From Ignavibacteria bacterium (GTDB lineage: Bacteria; Bacteroidota; Ignavibacteria; UBA10030; SZUA-254), in NCBI GenBank assembly GCA_016178625.1, contig JACOSX010000017.1, positions 6,213-70,212 on the forward strand: a stretch of DNA of 64,000 nucleotides. Reading direction: 5' to 3'. Shown one piece after another: positions 17,207 through 26,644 of this stretch. Made by a program: the position numbers and the translations under genes. The notes under the pieces are model-generated. The model worked only from the letters and a program-made list of their open reading frames with translations. It was not told the DNA's origin and did no database searches. The first letter of the stretch is position 1. Every line of letters begins with the position of its first letter.

Positions 17207-17658
17207 CGTTTCATCTCCTTTCGAGGTTTTGGTTGTTGTACGGCGTTCAGTGAATTACGCAACCAGGCGAGCTCGTCGATGAGCCCCTTGAGATCCAACT
17301 TGGAAAATTCGTGACGTAAAAACTGCAATCGCTCAGCGTCATCGCAGTCCCCAGGACAGAGAGCGAGCCGTTCGGTGAGCACTTCAGCAAAATGTGCCTT
17401 GAGGTGGTCATTCAGGACGACGTAGAGAGCTTGATGGAGCCCTCGCTCAGCAGCTTTGAGTTGTCCATAGATTTCCTTCACTGACCGATCGCTGGTCATC
17501 ATTCGCTCAATGCCGTCGAGCTGACCTTTGACGAAGTGGATACGTTTGAGAAGCTCTCGTTTTTCTTTCTGACCAAGTGGCGGACGATCATTTTTCACGT
17601 TAGCAATGTAAGAACGTACAGGGGTGTTTGTCAAATTCTTAGGTGAAAGGCAACGCAC
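17203..17658 (-). CDS. CsoR/RcnR/FrmR family (DUF156) transcriptional regulator with atypical ligand residues and a C-terminal CPGDC
   Basis: LLKRIHFVKGQLDGIERMM helix typical of the family; the canonical Cys/His ligand positions are not conserved. Confidence 0.55.
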   Translation of the reverse strand: MRCLSPKNLTNTPVRSYIANVKNDRPPLGQKEKRELLKRIHFVKGQLDGIERMMTSDRSVKEIYGQLKAAERGLHQALYVVLNDHLKAHFAEVLTERLALCPGDCDDAERLQFLRHEFSKLDLKGLIDELAWLRNSLNAVQQPKPRKEMKR

Positions 17659-18192
17659 TCAGGCAGGGGCAACAGCGGGGGTAATTGATTTCACAAATGA
17701 GTTCACATCCCCGAGGCAGCATTCGCCCTTGGGATTCTTGATGTCGCAGGCGCAGTTGCCGGCTTTGACTTCTTTAGCAATCTGCAGGGAGGCTGTTGAT
17801 TTTCCTGTGCTGACGAGCTCTTGTTTGATTCGGGCGCGCGTCCAATCGAAGCAATAGCAGACGCTCACATCTTCGCCCTTGTCCTTCGCGAAAGCCTTAA
17901 CCCTAACATCATCGATGGTGAAATATGGAACACTTTCATTGGAGAAGTAGACAACTCTACAGTTCGAATCAGCGCAGTAATAGTATTGCACGTTTTGAAT
18001 TGAGCCAATTTTTTCGGGCTTCAAGAGATGCTCAAGGGTACGCTTTTGTACCTTCTTCGAGACCGTTCGTGAAACCGGACACTGGGCTCGTGCAGGGGCA
18101 GGAGTGGTATCCGTGACTAAACAACACTCATCACCGACTTTATGTTTATCTTCTGCAATTACCTCGATCGGTTGGACGCAGCAGTTATTCAT
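17659..18192 (-). CDS. vicinal-cysteine-rich hypothetical protein (CC, CxxC, CYC, CAC, CC motifs)
   Basis: Starts at MNNCCVQP (internal Met of track ORF 17659..18264), directly after the MerT-like stop. Confidence 0.45.
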   Translation of the reverse strand: MNNCCVQPIEVIAEDKHKVGDECCLVTDTTPAPARAQCPVSRTVSKKVQKRTLEHLLKPEKIGSIQNVQYYYCADSNCRVVYFSNESVPYFTIDDVRVKAFAKDKGEDVSVCYCFDWTRARIKQELVSTGKSTASLQIAKEVKAGNCACDIKNPKGECCLGDVNSFVKSITPAVAPA

Positions 18193-19247
18193 CGTTTTGT
18201 TCCTTTCGTTTGCGGAGAGCAACATTCGGACTTGCTTTTCTCTTTGCTCTCTTTGGAACAACATGCATCTTCATTTCCCGATGGTACACTTTCCCTTTTG
18301 AGTATTTGCAGATCGGGCATATTTCCTTTGCCAAGATACTTTTCACCAGCGGCAACGACATCCCGTTCAATCCGATGGTACAATGAATCATCAAGTTCGT
18401 TGAACGATTGGAGGGACAGGAAGCCGCGTTGGATTATCGCTTTGACATCTTCACGAAACGCCTGCTTGTCTTCGCCCGTTTTGAACTTAACATGTGGACT
18501 AACGCCCGTGAGAATCCGGTCAGCGATAACGCCCGCTTCCTCAATACTCAGCGCATCAACGTCTGAACCTTTATACCACATATCCTTCGCTTTGAAGTCC
18601 TCGAGAAGGGTAGTTCGATCCTGCTCACTTACTTGCTCAATCGGTAGTTCATGTCGAGAGAACACCGACTTGAGCACCGTTTGGTGTGCTGTGGCACTCG
18701 TGCCTTCATTCCATACCACAGCCATGACGGTTCCCCGCCGGTTCAGCCAAGCTCCTTTCACGGTTGAGTCTTTCATGAGATCAAGCAAGATGAACTTTGC
18801 CCTGCTGCCACAACCGATACTCGGCGCGGCATTACACACCAGAGGCACATCGAAGAAGCTAATGTCCCGGTCAAGGATCAGGGAACTGTTCTCGGAAGGC
18901 TTCGACGGTGAAGATGACGCTGTGAATCCAAAATATGGAAAGGCGATTGCGCCGGCCGCAACAAGAGTTGCGCACCACACGCCGATTTTGTTCCAGAGGC
19001 TGGAACTTTGAACCTTGCAGCTCCCGTCTTCACACTTCACCTCGCGTTTACGATAGGCGAAGTAGAACGCAAGACCGAGAAGAAGTACCGTAAGACCGAT
19101 CAGGTATGAGCGGTAAGGTTCAAGCATGGAAAACAGGCCGATACTACCAACCCCGATCAGTGCCAACGCCACGGGTCCGATACAACACAGGGACGCAATG
19201 ATTGCGGCAATTACTCCACCCGTGCTTGAGAAGGTTGCTTTACTCAT
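18189..19247 (-). CDS. MerT-like membrane transporter fused to a C-terminal domain ending in paired CC motifs
   Basis: First TM carries SLCCIGP (MerT-type vicinal Cys), the loop has CEDGSC, and three TM helices are followed by a soluble domain with CC...CC. Confidence 0.55.
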   Translation of the reverse strand: MSKATFSSTGGVIAAIIASLCCIGPVALALIGVGSIGLFSMLEPYRSYLIGLTVLLLGLAFYFAYRKREVKCEDGSCKVQSSSLWNKIGVWCATLVAAGAIAFPYFGFTASSSPSKPSENSSLILDRDISFFDVPLVCNAAPSIGCGSRAKFILLDLMKDSTVKGAWLNRRGTVMAVVWNEGTSATAHQTVLKSVFSRHELPIEQVSEQDRTTLLEDFKAKDMWYKGSDVDALSIEEAGVIADRILTGVSPHVKFKTGEDKQAFREDVKAIIQRGFLSLQSFNELDDSLYHRIERDVVAAGEKYLGKGNMPDLQILKRESVPSGNEDACCSKESKEKSKSECCSPQTKGTKR

Positions 19248-19264
19248 ATCCTATATTCTTTCAT

Positions 19265-19654
19265 TTAGTGTAACAGGGCTTGTTCTGTTGTTTCTTTTGC
19301 GGTGAACATCTTCAACAAGGCTTTGGTAAGTGTACGCTCCACCAAGGAGTAAAATATGGTTTGTCCTTCGCGACGTGCGGTCACGAGCTTTTTGTCTTTG
19401 AGTCTACGGAGGTGTTGAGACACAGCGGAATCAGTGATCTCCAACACTTCGGCGAGATCGCACACGCACATTTCCCGATGGGCATGAAGGAGATAGAGGA
19501 TACTAAGCCTCTGCGGATTCCCTACCGCAGAGAGGAGATCCGCCAAAGTGTGCAATGGTTTTTGTTGTGCAAGATTTCGTTTGATGAGGAGCAGCTCAGC
19601 CTGCGAAAACGTTGGACCAACACAGAGCTTGCCGTCGATGTAGATTTTCTTCAT
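19265..19654 (-). CDS. ArsR/SmtB family metalloregulator
   Basis: CVCDLAEVLEITDSAVSQHLRRL metal-binding and HTH signature. Confidence 0.8.
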   Translation of the reverse strand: MKKIYIDGKLCVGPTFSQAELLLIKRNLAQQKPLHTLADLLSAVGNPQRLSILYLLHAHREMCVCDLAEVLEITDSAVSQHLRRLKDKKLVTARREGQTIFYSLVERTLTKALLKMFTAKETTEQALLH

Positions 19655-19668
19655 GATTTGATGAGTTA

Positions 19669-19697
19669 ATAGTTTAGTTACTGCTTAAATACTAAAC
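19669..19697. promoter_or_regulatory. inverted repeat GTTTAGT-N11-ACTAAAC upstream of the ArsR start (candidate operator)
   Basis: Palindrome 15 to 45 nt upstream of the arsR-like ATG. Confidence 0.3.
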
Positions 19698-19804
19698 AAT
19701 ATATGAACCAGAAAGTTCCAAATCAAGTTGCAGACCCGGTCTAAAACGAGGTTGCGAAAGTAGAAAAGCGGTCGTCTTCTTAGATGGAAGAAGACAGAGA
19801 AGGA

Positions 19805-19872
19805 AACAAAAAACCCGCTTCGGGAGGCAGCTCCAGGCTGGGGGAGGCGCCAGCCTCGGAACTAAAGCGGGT
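19805..19872 (-). terminator. long GC-rich hairpin plus T-run (minus strand)
   Basis: ACCCGCTT...AAGCGGGT outer stem with inner AGGCTGG/CCAGCCT; rc is followed by TTTTTTGTTT. Confidence 0.5.
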
Positions 19873-20020
19873 ATGAAAAGATATGAAGTCTTCTTTACAA
19901 AGTCAAACTGTGAATACTCCTCATCCTCGCTGGACTCCATTGAACCCTTGAGTCCAGCGAGGCATATTTGGTAAGGGCTTAGGCCCTCGGGCAGAGCCAG
20001 AAAACAAAAAGGCCGGCGAT

Positions 20021-20056
20021 GGGCCGACCTTTTCCTTGATACTGTGACCCTTCATC
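20021..20056 (-). terminator. Rho-independent terminator of the BNR/T9SS gene
   Basis: GGCCGGC..GCCGACC hairpin flanked by A-run/T-run about 40 nt past the stop. Confidence 0.5.
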
Positions 20057-20092
20057 ATGAAGTGGGATTCAGGGCGAACCGCCAAAGGTGCA

Positions 20093-23000
20093 TCACTTCA
20101 TCAACAGTAACTTCTTGGTAGCCTGATATGTCTGCTTGCCCGATCCATCGGTAACATTCATCCTGACGTAGTAGATGCCGCTCGATGAACTTCCAGCGTC
20201 CCAAGTTGCGTTGTAGAACCCTGCATCGAGTTCCGCTTCCACGAGGTGAGCCACCTCCTCGCCGAGCACGTTGTACACGCCCATACGCACAAGCGCGGGC
20301 GTTGCGAGCTGATAAGAGATAGTTGTGACCGGATTGAACGGGTTGGGATAGTTTGCATTAAGTCTCGTTTCTGTTGGTAGCGGGAGTTCATTTCCTTCAT
20401 TCCCATCTCTTCGTTGCTTCGTCACGACCGGTCCAGAGCCAGAGTTCACTGATATAATGTTAGAGTTTGGAGAGCTCTGGCAGAAGTTATCAAGAGCGGC
20501 AACGTAGTACGAGAAAACCGATGTTGGAGTAAGATTTCCAGAAGTTTTCTGGAAGACCGTGATGTCGTGGTCGGTGTAGCTTGTGTTTGGACCAGTGAAA
20601 ATGAGTGAGGCAGCTGGTTGACATTCGGTACTCGCCCACGGGCACGAGTATCGCCACAGTTGGTAGGACAACGCTCCAGCCACCGTCGTCCAGCTGAGCG
20701 TCGGATTAGTCCCGGGTGCGCACGCACTGCACGAAAGCATTGGCGCGGGCAGTAGATCCGGAGAGATCGAGGGAAGCTGAATATTCTTGATCCTGAACGG
20801 CGGGCCGGTGGCATCCACGTATTCAACGTAACGATCATCCTGACTATTAAACGTCGTGGTAATGCTGGCTTGACGACCGGTCGCATCAAGAACACCGGGA
20901 AGACTCCAGGTGTTGTGATATTGTGCCCACGATGTTCCATTGTTTGCGCTGTACCAAACGAGCGCGAAGTCGTTACCCTTCGTCGACGAGGATCGGTAGT
21001 CAGTGATGGTCGGTGAGTAAGGGTAATTCGGGGTGCCGGAACAATTCGAAAAGGTGTAGTTGTACACTACATCTGCGAGCGTTGTACCAGCTCGCTGCTG
21101 CACTTTGATATTCCCCTGTGATATCGAGACGTCGCGATATTCCCATGCTATCGTAACTCTGTTGGATACGTCCACGGCAAGAGACGGTCTTGCGTTGGTG
21201 AGAATGCTTGAATTGCTGGCAACGGTGAACGGTCCATACCAGGTGATATTCGAAGCCTGAACAGCGGCGGAGTTGGGTAAATAGCCGAGCATGTACTTGA
21301 TGCCTCCCGTCGACCCTCGTACTTCCCATGCCAGGTAGAAGAGATAGCCCTTGCCGCCATCCGGTCCCGGACCGGTCGTGACGGCGAAGGTTGGATTTGT
21401 CGCTCCGACCCCCGGTGTGAGTGCGAGGTTGGTAAAGGCGTTGAAGGGATAGGCGCTCACCCCATACTTTAAGCCCACATCTTTATCACACCACACCGCC
21501 GCGAATATCGAGGAGACGGTCGGTCCGGTTTGCGGCTTCGTCATGACACCGACAGGCATCGACTGGAAAGAACTGTCCCCGGAAAAATAGCCGAGTTGTA
21601 AAACATTACCAGGACTCTTTTCCCAGAAAATGGTGTGGATGCCAACGCTGAGATCGGGATACTGCACCTGATCGTACAATTTGGATACGGTTACTCCTAC
21701 AGAGTCGCCCACGAGTGCCGGGTTGCGATAGATGATGGTCGATGTGGGGTAATCGCCCACGACAGTTTCGGGAGGCCAGGTGAATCCGTAGGTGTAAAAT
21801 ATTGTGCCTGCGCTTTCATACACCACGTGGATGCCTGTAGTCGTCTGCACAACTCTTCTCTGACCGGTCGGTGAGAGCGCAGCCAGTGTTGAGGTGCCTA
21901 AGTGCGCTTTGTACTGAGCCTTCGCATACATGAGATTTACCGGATCGCGGAAAATGACCGGTCCGCTTGCGCCACCCAGTGGGACGTCTGCGCCGATACC
22001 GATCCATTTGATGAAGTAAGAATCGAAACCCCCTATTGGCTGGGTTGAAAGGGCTTCAACTTCATAGAATGGCTTTAAGGGTTTATTTGGATCTGGCTCT
22101 TCTCCCAAGAACACTCCCTTGTAATCCGTCGTATGATCTCTCAACTTAAAAGGCGAGCCAAGAGGGTTCCGCGGTGCGCTCCCTCCCTGGTTCCGCGCGT
22201 TACTGCCGTAACTCGGGTCGTTAAAATCTATCAACCACGGATCTTTAAACTTGATCGTTCCCCCTTCAACCGCAGGCGCATCGATGAGCTCGTTGCGAAT
22301 AATCGTGTTGGCGTTTGAATATGATGAGATCGACTTGAAGTTGGACCTAAACGTATTTGTTTGTGCTGTAATCGGAAAAGCATGATGGTTGACCACGTCA
22401 GGATCGGTATTCCACCTGTTGTATTTCTCCGATCCCGAGACGCCCCCGAGCACGTCCTGAGTGCCTCGCAGCACCTCGGTGGAGGTCGGATTAACCGCAA
22501 AGATCGCTTGCTGAGATTGTGTCAATGTGAAGCTATAATTGTTGTAATCAGTATTCCAGAGTCCGGTGAACGAGCTTCCGTTCCAGCGCTTGGGTGTGTC
22601 ATACGTGAGATCCCCGCTGCTGAATATTTGATCGATGGTGGCGAGGATCGTGCTATGCTGCGCAAGGTAAATCCACTGATGCACCACGCCGCCTCCGTCA
22701 GTGCGTCTATCCGTCCAAACGGGGTACGCCATCTTGTTTGTTGCGGCAATACCGATGTAATCCCCCATCCTGGGGTTCGCCATTCCTAACGTGGACGTGG
22801 CAGAACTGACTTTCGCGTGGGTAAATGTTTTGCCCCGATCCGCGGAGGCTGCCACGAAGACGTTAACGGTGGTATCACCGGGAAGCACACCGTAGTACGC
22901 TACATACACCTTCTTGCCGTCCGGACTGACACTGACACGCGGAGCCCAAAATTTACCAGCCACGTTGTTTAGCCTCCGAAGCGGCCCTGTGAAGTCATAT

Positions 23001-23965
23001 CCCGTGCCATACGTCTGTGAGCTGGCAAAATAAATGTTTGGACCGCCGGTTCTATTGTCTGCCCATGCCATATACAGGTAGTCAGTTGTTCTGTCGATCG
23101 CGCAAGACGGATAGCTATTCACCTTGAGCGTGGAATTACCGATAGTGATAGAATTCACCTCTGAGATACCTTGTATCACGGCGCTCGCACCACTGGAGAA
23201 TGTTAGTCGATCCGTCGATAGGTTGAGCCTGATATTACCACCCGACTCAAACCATAACACATACACATAGCCCGAGCTGCGAACCACTATCGAAGGTCCC
23301 TTCGAGTCCACGGCGTCGTTGTAGCTGATCTTCAGTGGTGTTGTGAATGTTAAGCCACTCGGACCGTAGGTATCTGTTGCATAACAGATTTGACTCTTTG
23401 TGCCGTTATTAAATTTCTTCGTCCATGCGGTAAAAATCCCGTTCGTTGATCCCGTTGCCAGAGTAACTTCATCTTCAAAATCAGTTCCCCCGGAGGGCGA
23501 GTTGTGATCAACCACCGTGAAGAGATCGGGCCACGTCGCACCGTTGTTGACGGATCGCGCTGCGAAAATACCATTTTTGTCAAATTTGTTCGCCGTGTCG
23601 TATGAAACAAATGCATACCACGCTTCGCCGTTGTTTGCTGCAAAGGCGACCTGCGGTCGAGCGCTGAAGCTGCCATGAGGATTGTACCCCAGTGCATATT
23701 CGGTCCAACTGGCTCCTCCATCAACAGAGTACGAATAGTGAAGTTGTTCTTCACCGTTATTAAACTTCTCCGATCCGACGGCGAGCTTGCTCGAATCGTT
23801 CGGATTCACAGCGATGGTCGGATTCCACCACCAATAGATTGAATTGTCGTGACCGACGACCACGTTGGTGGGTTGAGCGATTACCTTAGATTGCACACTG
23901 AGCATGATGAATACAAGGACCACAAGCTCAACGAGCAGCATGCACTGAGTTCGAACGCGTATCAT
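20093..23965 (-). CDS. BNR/Asp-box repeat secreted protein with a T9SS C-terminal sorting domain
   Basis: Signal peptide; SxDxGxTW-like boxes (SVDGGASWT, SVNNGATWP, SADRGKTFT); C-terminus NYPNPFNP...GIYYVRM...KKLLLMK. Confidence 0.75.
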   Translation of the reverse strand: MIRVRTQCMLLVELVVLVFIMLSVQSKVIAQPTNVVVGHDNSIYWWWNPTIAVNPNDSSKLAVGSEKFNNGEEQLHYSYSVDGGASWTEYALGYNPHGSFSARPQVAFAANNGEAWYAFVSYDTANKFDKNGIFAARSVNNGATWPDLFTVVDHNSPSGGTDFEDEVTLATGSTNGIFTAWTKKFNNGTKSQICYATDTYGPSGLTFTTPLKISYNDAVDSKGPSIVVRSSGYVYVLWFESGGNIRLNLSTDRLTFSSGASAVIQGISEVNSITIGNSTLKVNSYPSCAIDRTTDYLYMAWADNRTGGPNIYFASSQTYGTGYDFTGPLRRLNNVAGKFWAPRVSVSPDGKKVYVAYYGVLPGDTTVNVFVAASADRGKTFTHAKVSSATSTLGMANPRMGDYIGIAATNKMAYPVWTDRRTDGGGVVHQWIYLAQHSTILATIDQIFSSGDLTYDTPKRWNGSSFTGLWNTDYNNYSFTLTQSQQAIFAVNPTSTEVLRGTQDVLGGVSGSEKYNRWNTDPDVVNHHAFPITAQTNTFRSNFKSISSYSNANTIIRNELIDAPAVEGGTIKFKDPWLIDFNDPSYGSNARNQGGSAPRNPLGSPFKLRDHTTDYKGVFLGEEPDPNKPLKPFYEVEALSTQPIGGFDSYFIKWIGIGADVPLGGASGPVIFRDPVNLMYAKAQYKAHLGTSTLAALSPTGQRRVVQTTTGIHVVYESAGTIFYTYGFTWPPETVVGDYPTSTIIYRNPALVGDSVGVTVSKLYDQVQYPDLSVGIHTIFWEKSPGNVLQLGYFSGDSSFQSMPVGVMTKPQTGPTVSSIFAAVWCDKDVGLKYGVSAYPFNAFTNLALTPGVGATNPTFAVTTGPGPDGGKGYLFYLAWEVRGSTGGIKYMLGYLPNSAAVQASNITWYGPFTVASNSSILTNARPSLAVDVSNRVTIAWEYRDVSISQGNIKVQQRAGTTLADVVYNYTFSNCSGTPNYPYSPTITDYRSSSTKGNDFALVWYSANNGTSWAQYHNTWSLPGVLDATGRQASITTTFNSQDDRYVEYVDATGPPFRIKNIQLPSISPDLLPAPMLSCSACAPGTNPTLSWTTVAGALSYQLWRYSCPWASTECQPAASLIFTGPNTSYTDHDITVFQKTSGNLTPTSVFSYYVAALDNFCQSSPNSNIISVNSGSGPVVTKQRRDGNEGNELPLPTETRLNANYPNPFNPVTTISYQLATPALVRMGVYNVLGEEVAHLVEAELDAGFYNATWDAGSSSSGIYYVRMNVTDGSGKQTYQATKKLLLMK

Positions 23966-24043
23966 TACGACCTCCTATATAGTGAACCCGCCAGAGAGGC
24001 GGGTGAATAGAACGTGTGAATTAAAAGTTCTCAATTCCAATGA

Positions 24044-25354
24044 TTACCGATACCCTCGCAGCACTACCGCACGATTACCAACTTGACCGACAGCAACGAC
24101 AAAATTTCCTTGGGTTTCAACTCGAAACAATGATCCGTTGATGTATGTCTCAGCTTGATAGTTTTTCCAGGAAGAACCATTGTAATGGAGGGTGACACCG
24201 TAAGCTCCTACGACAACAATGTCATTGCTGGCGTTTCCACGCACCGCATTGGTATAATAGGTCGTCAAGCCAAAATGCAATGCTCGCCATGGTGTTGTTG
24301 CATTCAGGTATGATTTAAAGAAGATACCATCACCGACGATATAATTTCTATAGACAGATGATGACCAGAGCCCGTGTAAGCTCCAGGGAAGCCCATTGTC
24401 GGGAAGAAGTGCAACATTTCCACTGTCGATCTCCAAGACCTTCGGCCCTTCACCAGTGTAGATATTGGATGCAACAGCAAGGATCTTATACTTACCGGAT
24501 CGAGAATCCCTGGTTCCATAGATGTCTTGAATATCGTACGTTGTTCCGCTTTCAAGCTTCTGCCAACGGGTGGCGTCGTAATGTGTCAAAGAACCACTTG
24601 AGCCGACAAGGTAGAAATTACTATCCGAGGATCCCCACATTTTGTCGATACTACCTGACCGTTCTGAGATCCAGCGACTGGACCATGTCAGTCCATTCCA
24701 CCGCCCAACAGCACCAACATCAGATGAGATCCAAATATCACTTTTGCTGAATGCAAAAATCGATGTCAAGGGAGTTACAATAATTCGTCCATCATATGTA
24801 ATGGTCTGGATTTTCAGAAGCTCCCAGGCACTCCCATTCCAGTGGGCTGCATTGTACGGAGGAAAAATGAAATGTCCAGTAGAATCTAATGTGTAAATTT
24901 CCCCGACAGCCCACACATCCGTCGGTGAGATGATCGCCACATCTCTCAAGTTACTCGAATTGCCAACACCGAGCGTATCCATCTGCCAGGTAAAGTTGTG
25001 GCTCGTGGTATCAAGTGTCGTCACCACAAGTGGTGCATCAGCAGGAACAAAGTTGCCATTGAATTCTTGCATCAGTTGATACGTGTATGTTTGTTTAGGA
25101 AGGAGCCCTCCATCCACCACAACGGTATCAATCGGTGCGGTAGCGGTGAAGATAGTTTGACCGTCTCGGGAGACTCTCAGGGGAGTGCTTGAGCGCAGTA
25201 TCGGTGTAACGTTTATGTGAAGGACAAAATCAATCGCACCAACGTCTTCTGTCGTGAGATGGGAAAATGGGATGGACGGTCCTGTTGGACTCTTCGTACA
25301 AGCAAAGCCACAGATGAGAATTGCACAGCAAACAACGACGGTGAGAATTCGCAT
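24044..25354 (-). CDS. hypothetical secreted/lipoprotein with beta-propeller-like repeats
   Basis: Signal peptide with Cys; recurring W/Y-rich repeat units. Confidence 0.45.
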   Translation of the reverse strand: MRILTVVVCCAILICGFACTKSPTGPSIPFSHLTTEDVGAIDFVLHINVTPILRSSTPLRVSRDGQTIFTATAPIDTVVVDGGLLPKQTYTYQLMQEFNGNFVPADAPLVVTTLDTTSHNFTWQMDTLGVGNSSNLRDVAIISPTDVWAVGEIYTLDSTGHFIFPPYNAAHWNGSAWELLKIQTITYDGRIIVTPLTSIFAFSKSDIWISSDVGAVGRWNGLTWSSRWISERSGSIDKMWGSSDSNFYLVGSSGSLTHYDATRWQKLESGTTYDIQDIYGTRDSRSGKYKILAVASNIYTGEGPKVLEIDSGNVALLPDNGLPWSLHGLWSSSVYRNYIVGDGIFFKSYLNATTPWRALHFGLTTYYTNAVRGNASNDIVVVGAYGVTLHYNGSSWKNYQAETYINGSLFRVETQGNFVVAVGQVGNRAVVLRGYR

Positions 25355-25517
25355 GTGAAATGATCTTATCGTTGTGATAGTGTAGAAAGATTTTAATTTA
25401 GAATCAAGATATTTTTCGTGATCGGGTAAGATTTATTTTGTCAACTCCCACGTTTTACCCGTTTCACCTTGGGGAGTGATGTAATGTACGCCACTCCCCA
25501 GCTTGACTAACGAGAAC

Positions 25518-26252
25518 TCAGTACACCTTTTTCTTCTTGATCTCCTCAGCCTGCTTCTTGACGAGCTTCATCTCCTCAGGATCGAGGTAGTTCCAGGCTG
25601 CCTGCATGACCTTGGTATAGATTGCTTCTAATTTAGGTCCGAGTACCTTGGTGATACCCGCGTCGTTGGGGTCTACACCGTTCGGTGGGGCCGGGTATTC
25701 CTTTTCACCTTCCCAGGAGACAACTTCGCGCGGAATGTCGATGCTCTTAAACCACATGCGCTCTTTCGACAGGCTCTCCGTCAGCGCGAGCGTGATCCTG
25801 CCACCAATGGCGGCTTGACCGTTGAGCGTGTAGCTGTCCGGTCCCAAGATGCCGACGTGCTTCCTCGCTTCGGGATTGACAATGTCCAGCCGTACGTCGA
25901 GCGTCGGTTGCAGGACGAGGTCGCTCCCCTTCTTGTCGGGAAAGGTGAGCTCGTCGTACGAACCGAAAGGACCCTTGACCGTGAAGCCGCGTGCGCTCAA
26001 GATCTGTTGGAAGTCCAAGCCCATGTTCTTGGAGAAATCGGTGAACGGCCAGACGGTTGTCCACGGTTGGTTCTCAGAGTACGAGGCATTGACAACGGCA
26101 AAGGTAACCTCGGCTGAGGCTACGGGTGCATTGGCCGTAGGTGTGAAGTGGAACGACGGCACGTAGGCCTGTTCGCTCTTGGTTGCCTTGGGCGCGCAGC
26201 CGATAAAACCGACCGTCAGGCAGAGGGTGGTAACGTAGAAGAAGTGCTTCAT
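25518..26252 (-). CDS. hypothetical lipoprotein
   Basis: Likely start MKHFFYVTTLCLTVGFIGC (lipobox); track ORF extends to 26324. Confidence 0.45.
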   Translation of the reverse strand: MKHFFYVTTLCLTVGFIGCAPKATKSEQAYVPSFHFTPTANAPVASAEVTFAVVNASYSENQPWTTVWPFTDFSKNMGLDFQQILSARGFTVKGPFGSYDELTFPDKKGSDLVLQPTLDVRLDIVNPEARKHVGILGPDSYTLNGQAAIGGRITLALTESLSKERMWFKSIDIPREVVSWEGEKEYPAPPNGVDPNDAGITKVLGPKLEAIYTKVMQAAWNYLDPEEMKLVKKQAEEIKKKKVY

Positions 26253-26307
26253 GATACAACCTCCTATGGAGTTGTGAATGATGGATAGTGAATTAGGTAG
26301 AAACGAA

Positions 26308-26342
26308 AAAACCTCTTCCAGCACAATGGCTGACAGAGGTTT
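26308..26342 (-). terminator. hairpin AAACCTCT/AGAGGTTT followed by a T-run on the minus strand
   Basis: rc reads stem-loop then TTTTTTCGTTTC; it lies upstream of the lipoprotein gene start, so it would end a minus-strand transcript coming from the recombinase upstream region. Confidence 0.4.
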
Positions 26343-26404
26343 CTATATTCACTGGCCGACTCACCAATAGAAACCCCGGTAGCAAGCGTGCTGGGGTCTA
26401 TCTG

Positions 26405-26532
26405 ATTGCCAAACCAGTATAGATCATCCCGTACGTATTTGCGTACCGGGGCACAATGTCGTGCCCCAGCGCGTTGCCAACGTACGGGGAGAACCCTATA
26501 AAATAAAAAACGATCTACTACTGGTTTGGCAA
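26405..26532. repeat. nested palindromic element: 14-bp outer IR (TTGCCAAACCAGTA / TACTGGTTTGGCAA) enclosing GTACG/CGTAC and GGGGCAC/GTGCCCC hairpins
   Basis: Read directly from sequence, about 110 bp upstream of the serine recombinase start. Confidence 0.6.
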
Positions 26533-26644
26533 AAATAAGGTAGGAAGAAATTCGCAATGAGTCAAGTTTTTTCTTGGTGAATGAAACTTTTATTCTTACC
26601 TTTGATGAGTATCATTTCCACAAATTGTCCTGAGGAGTATTCAG

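Noticed and set aside
17659-18264. 201-aa version of the Cys-rich ORF
   Set aside because: Its first 24 codons overlap the MerT-like gene; the start at MNNCC (18192) abuts the MerT-like stop exactly
25747-26166. Overlapping ORFs on both strands inside the 25518..26252 lipoprotein gene
   Set aside because: Alternative frames of a gene with a plausible lipoprotein signal; no RBS or motif support
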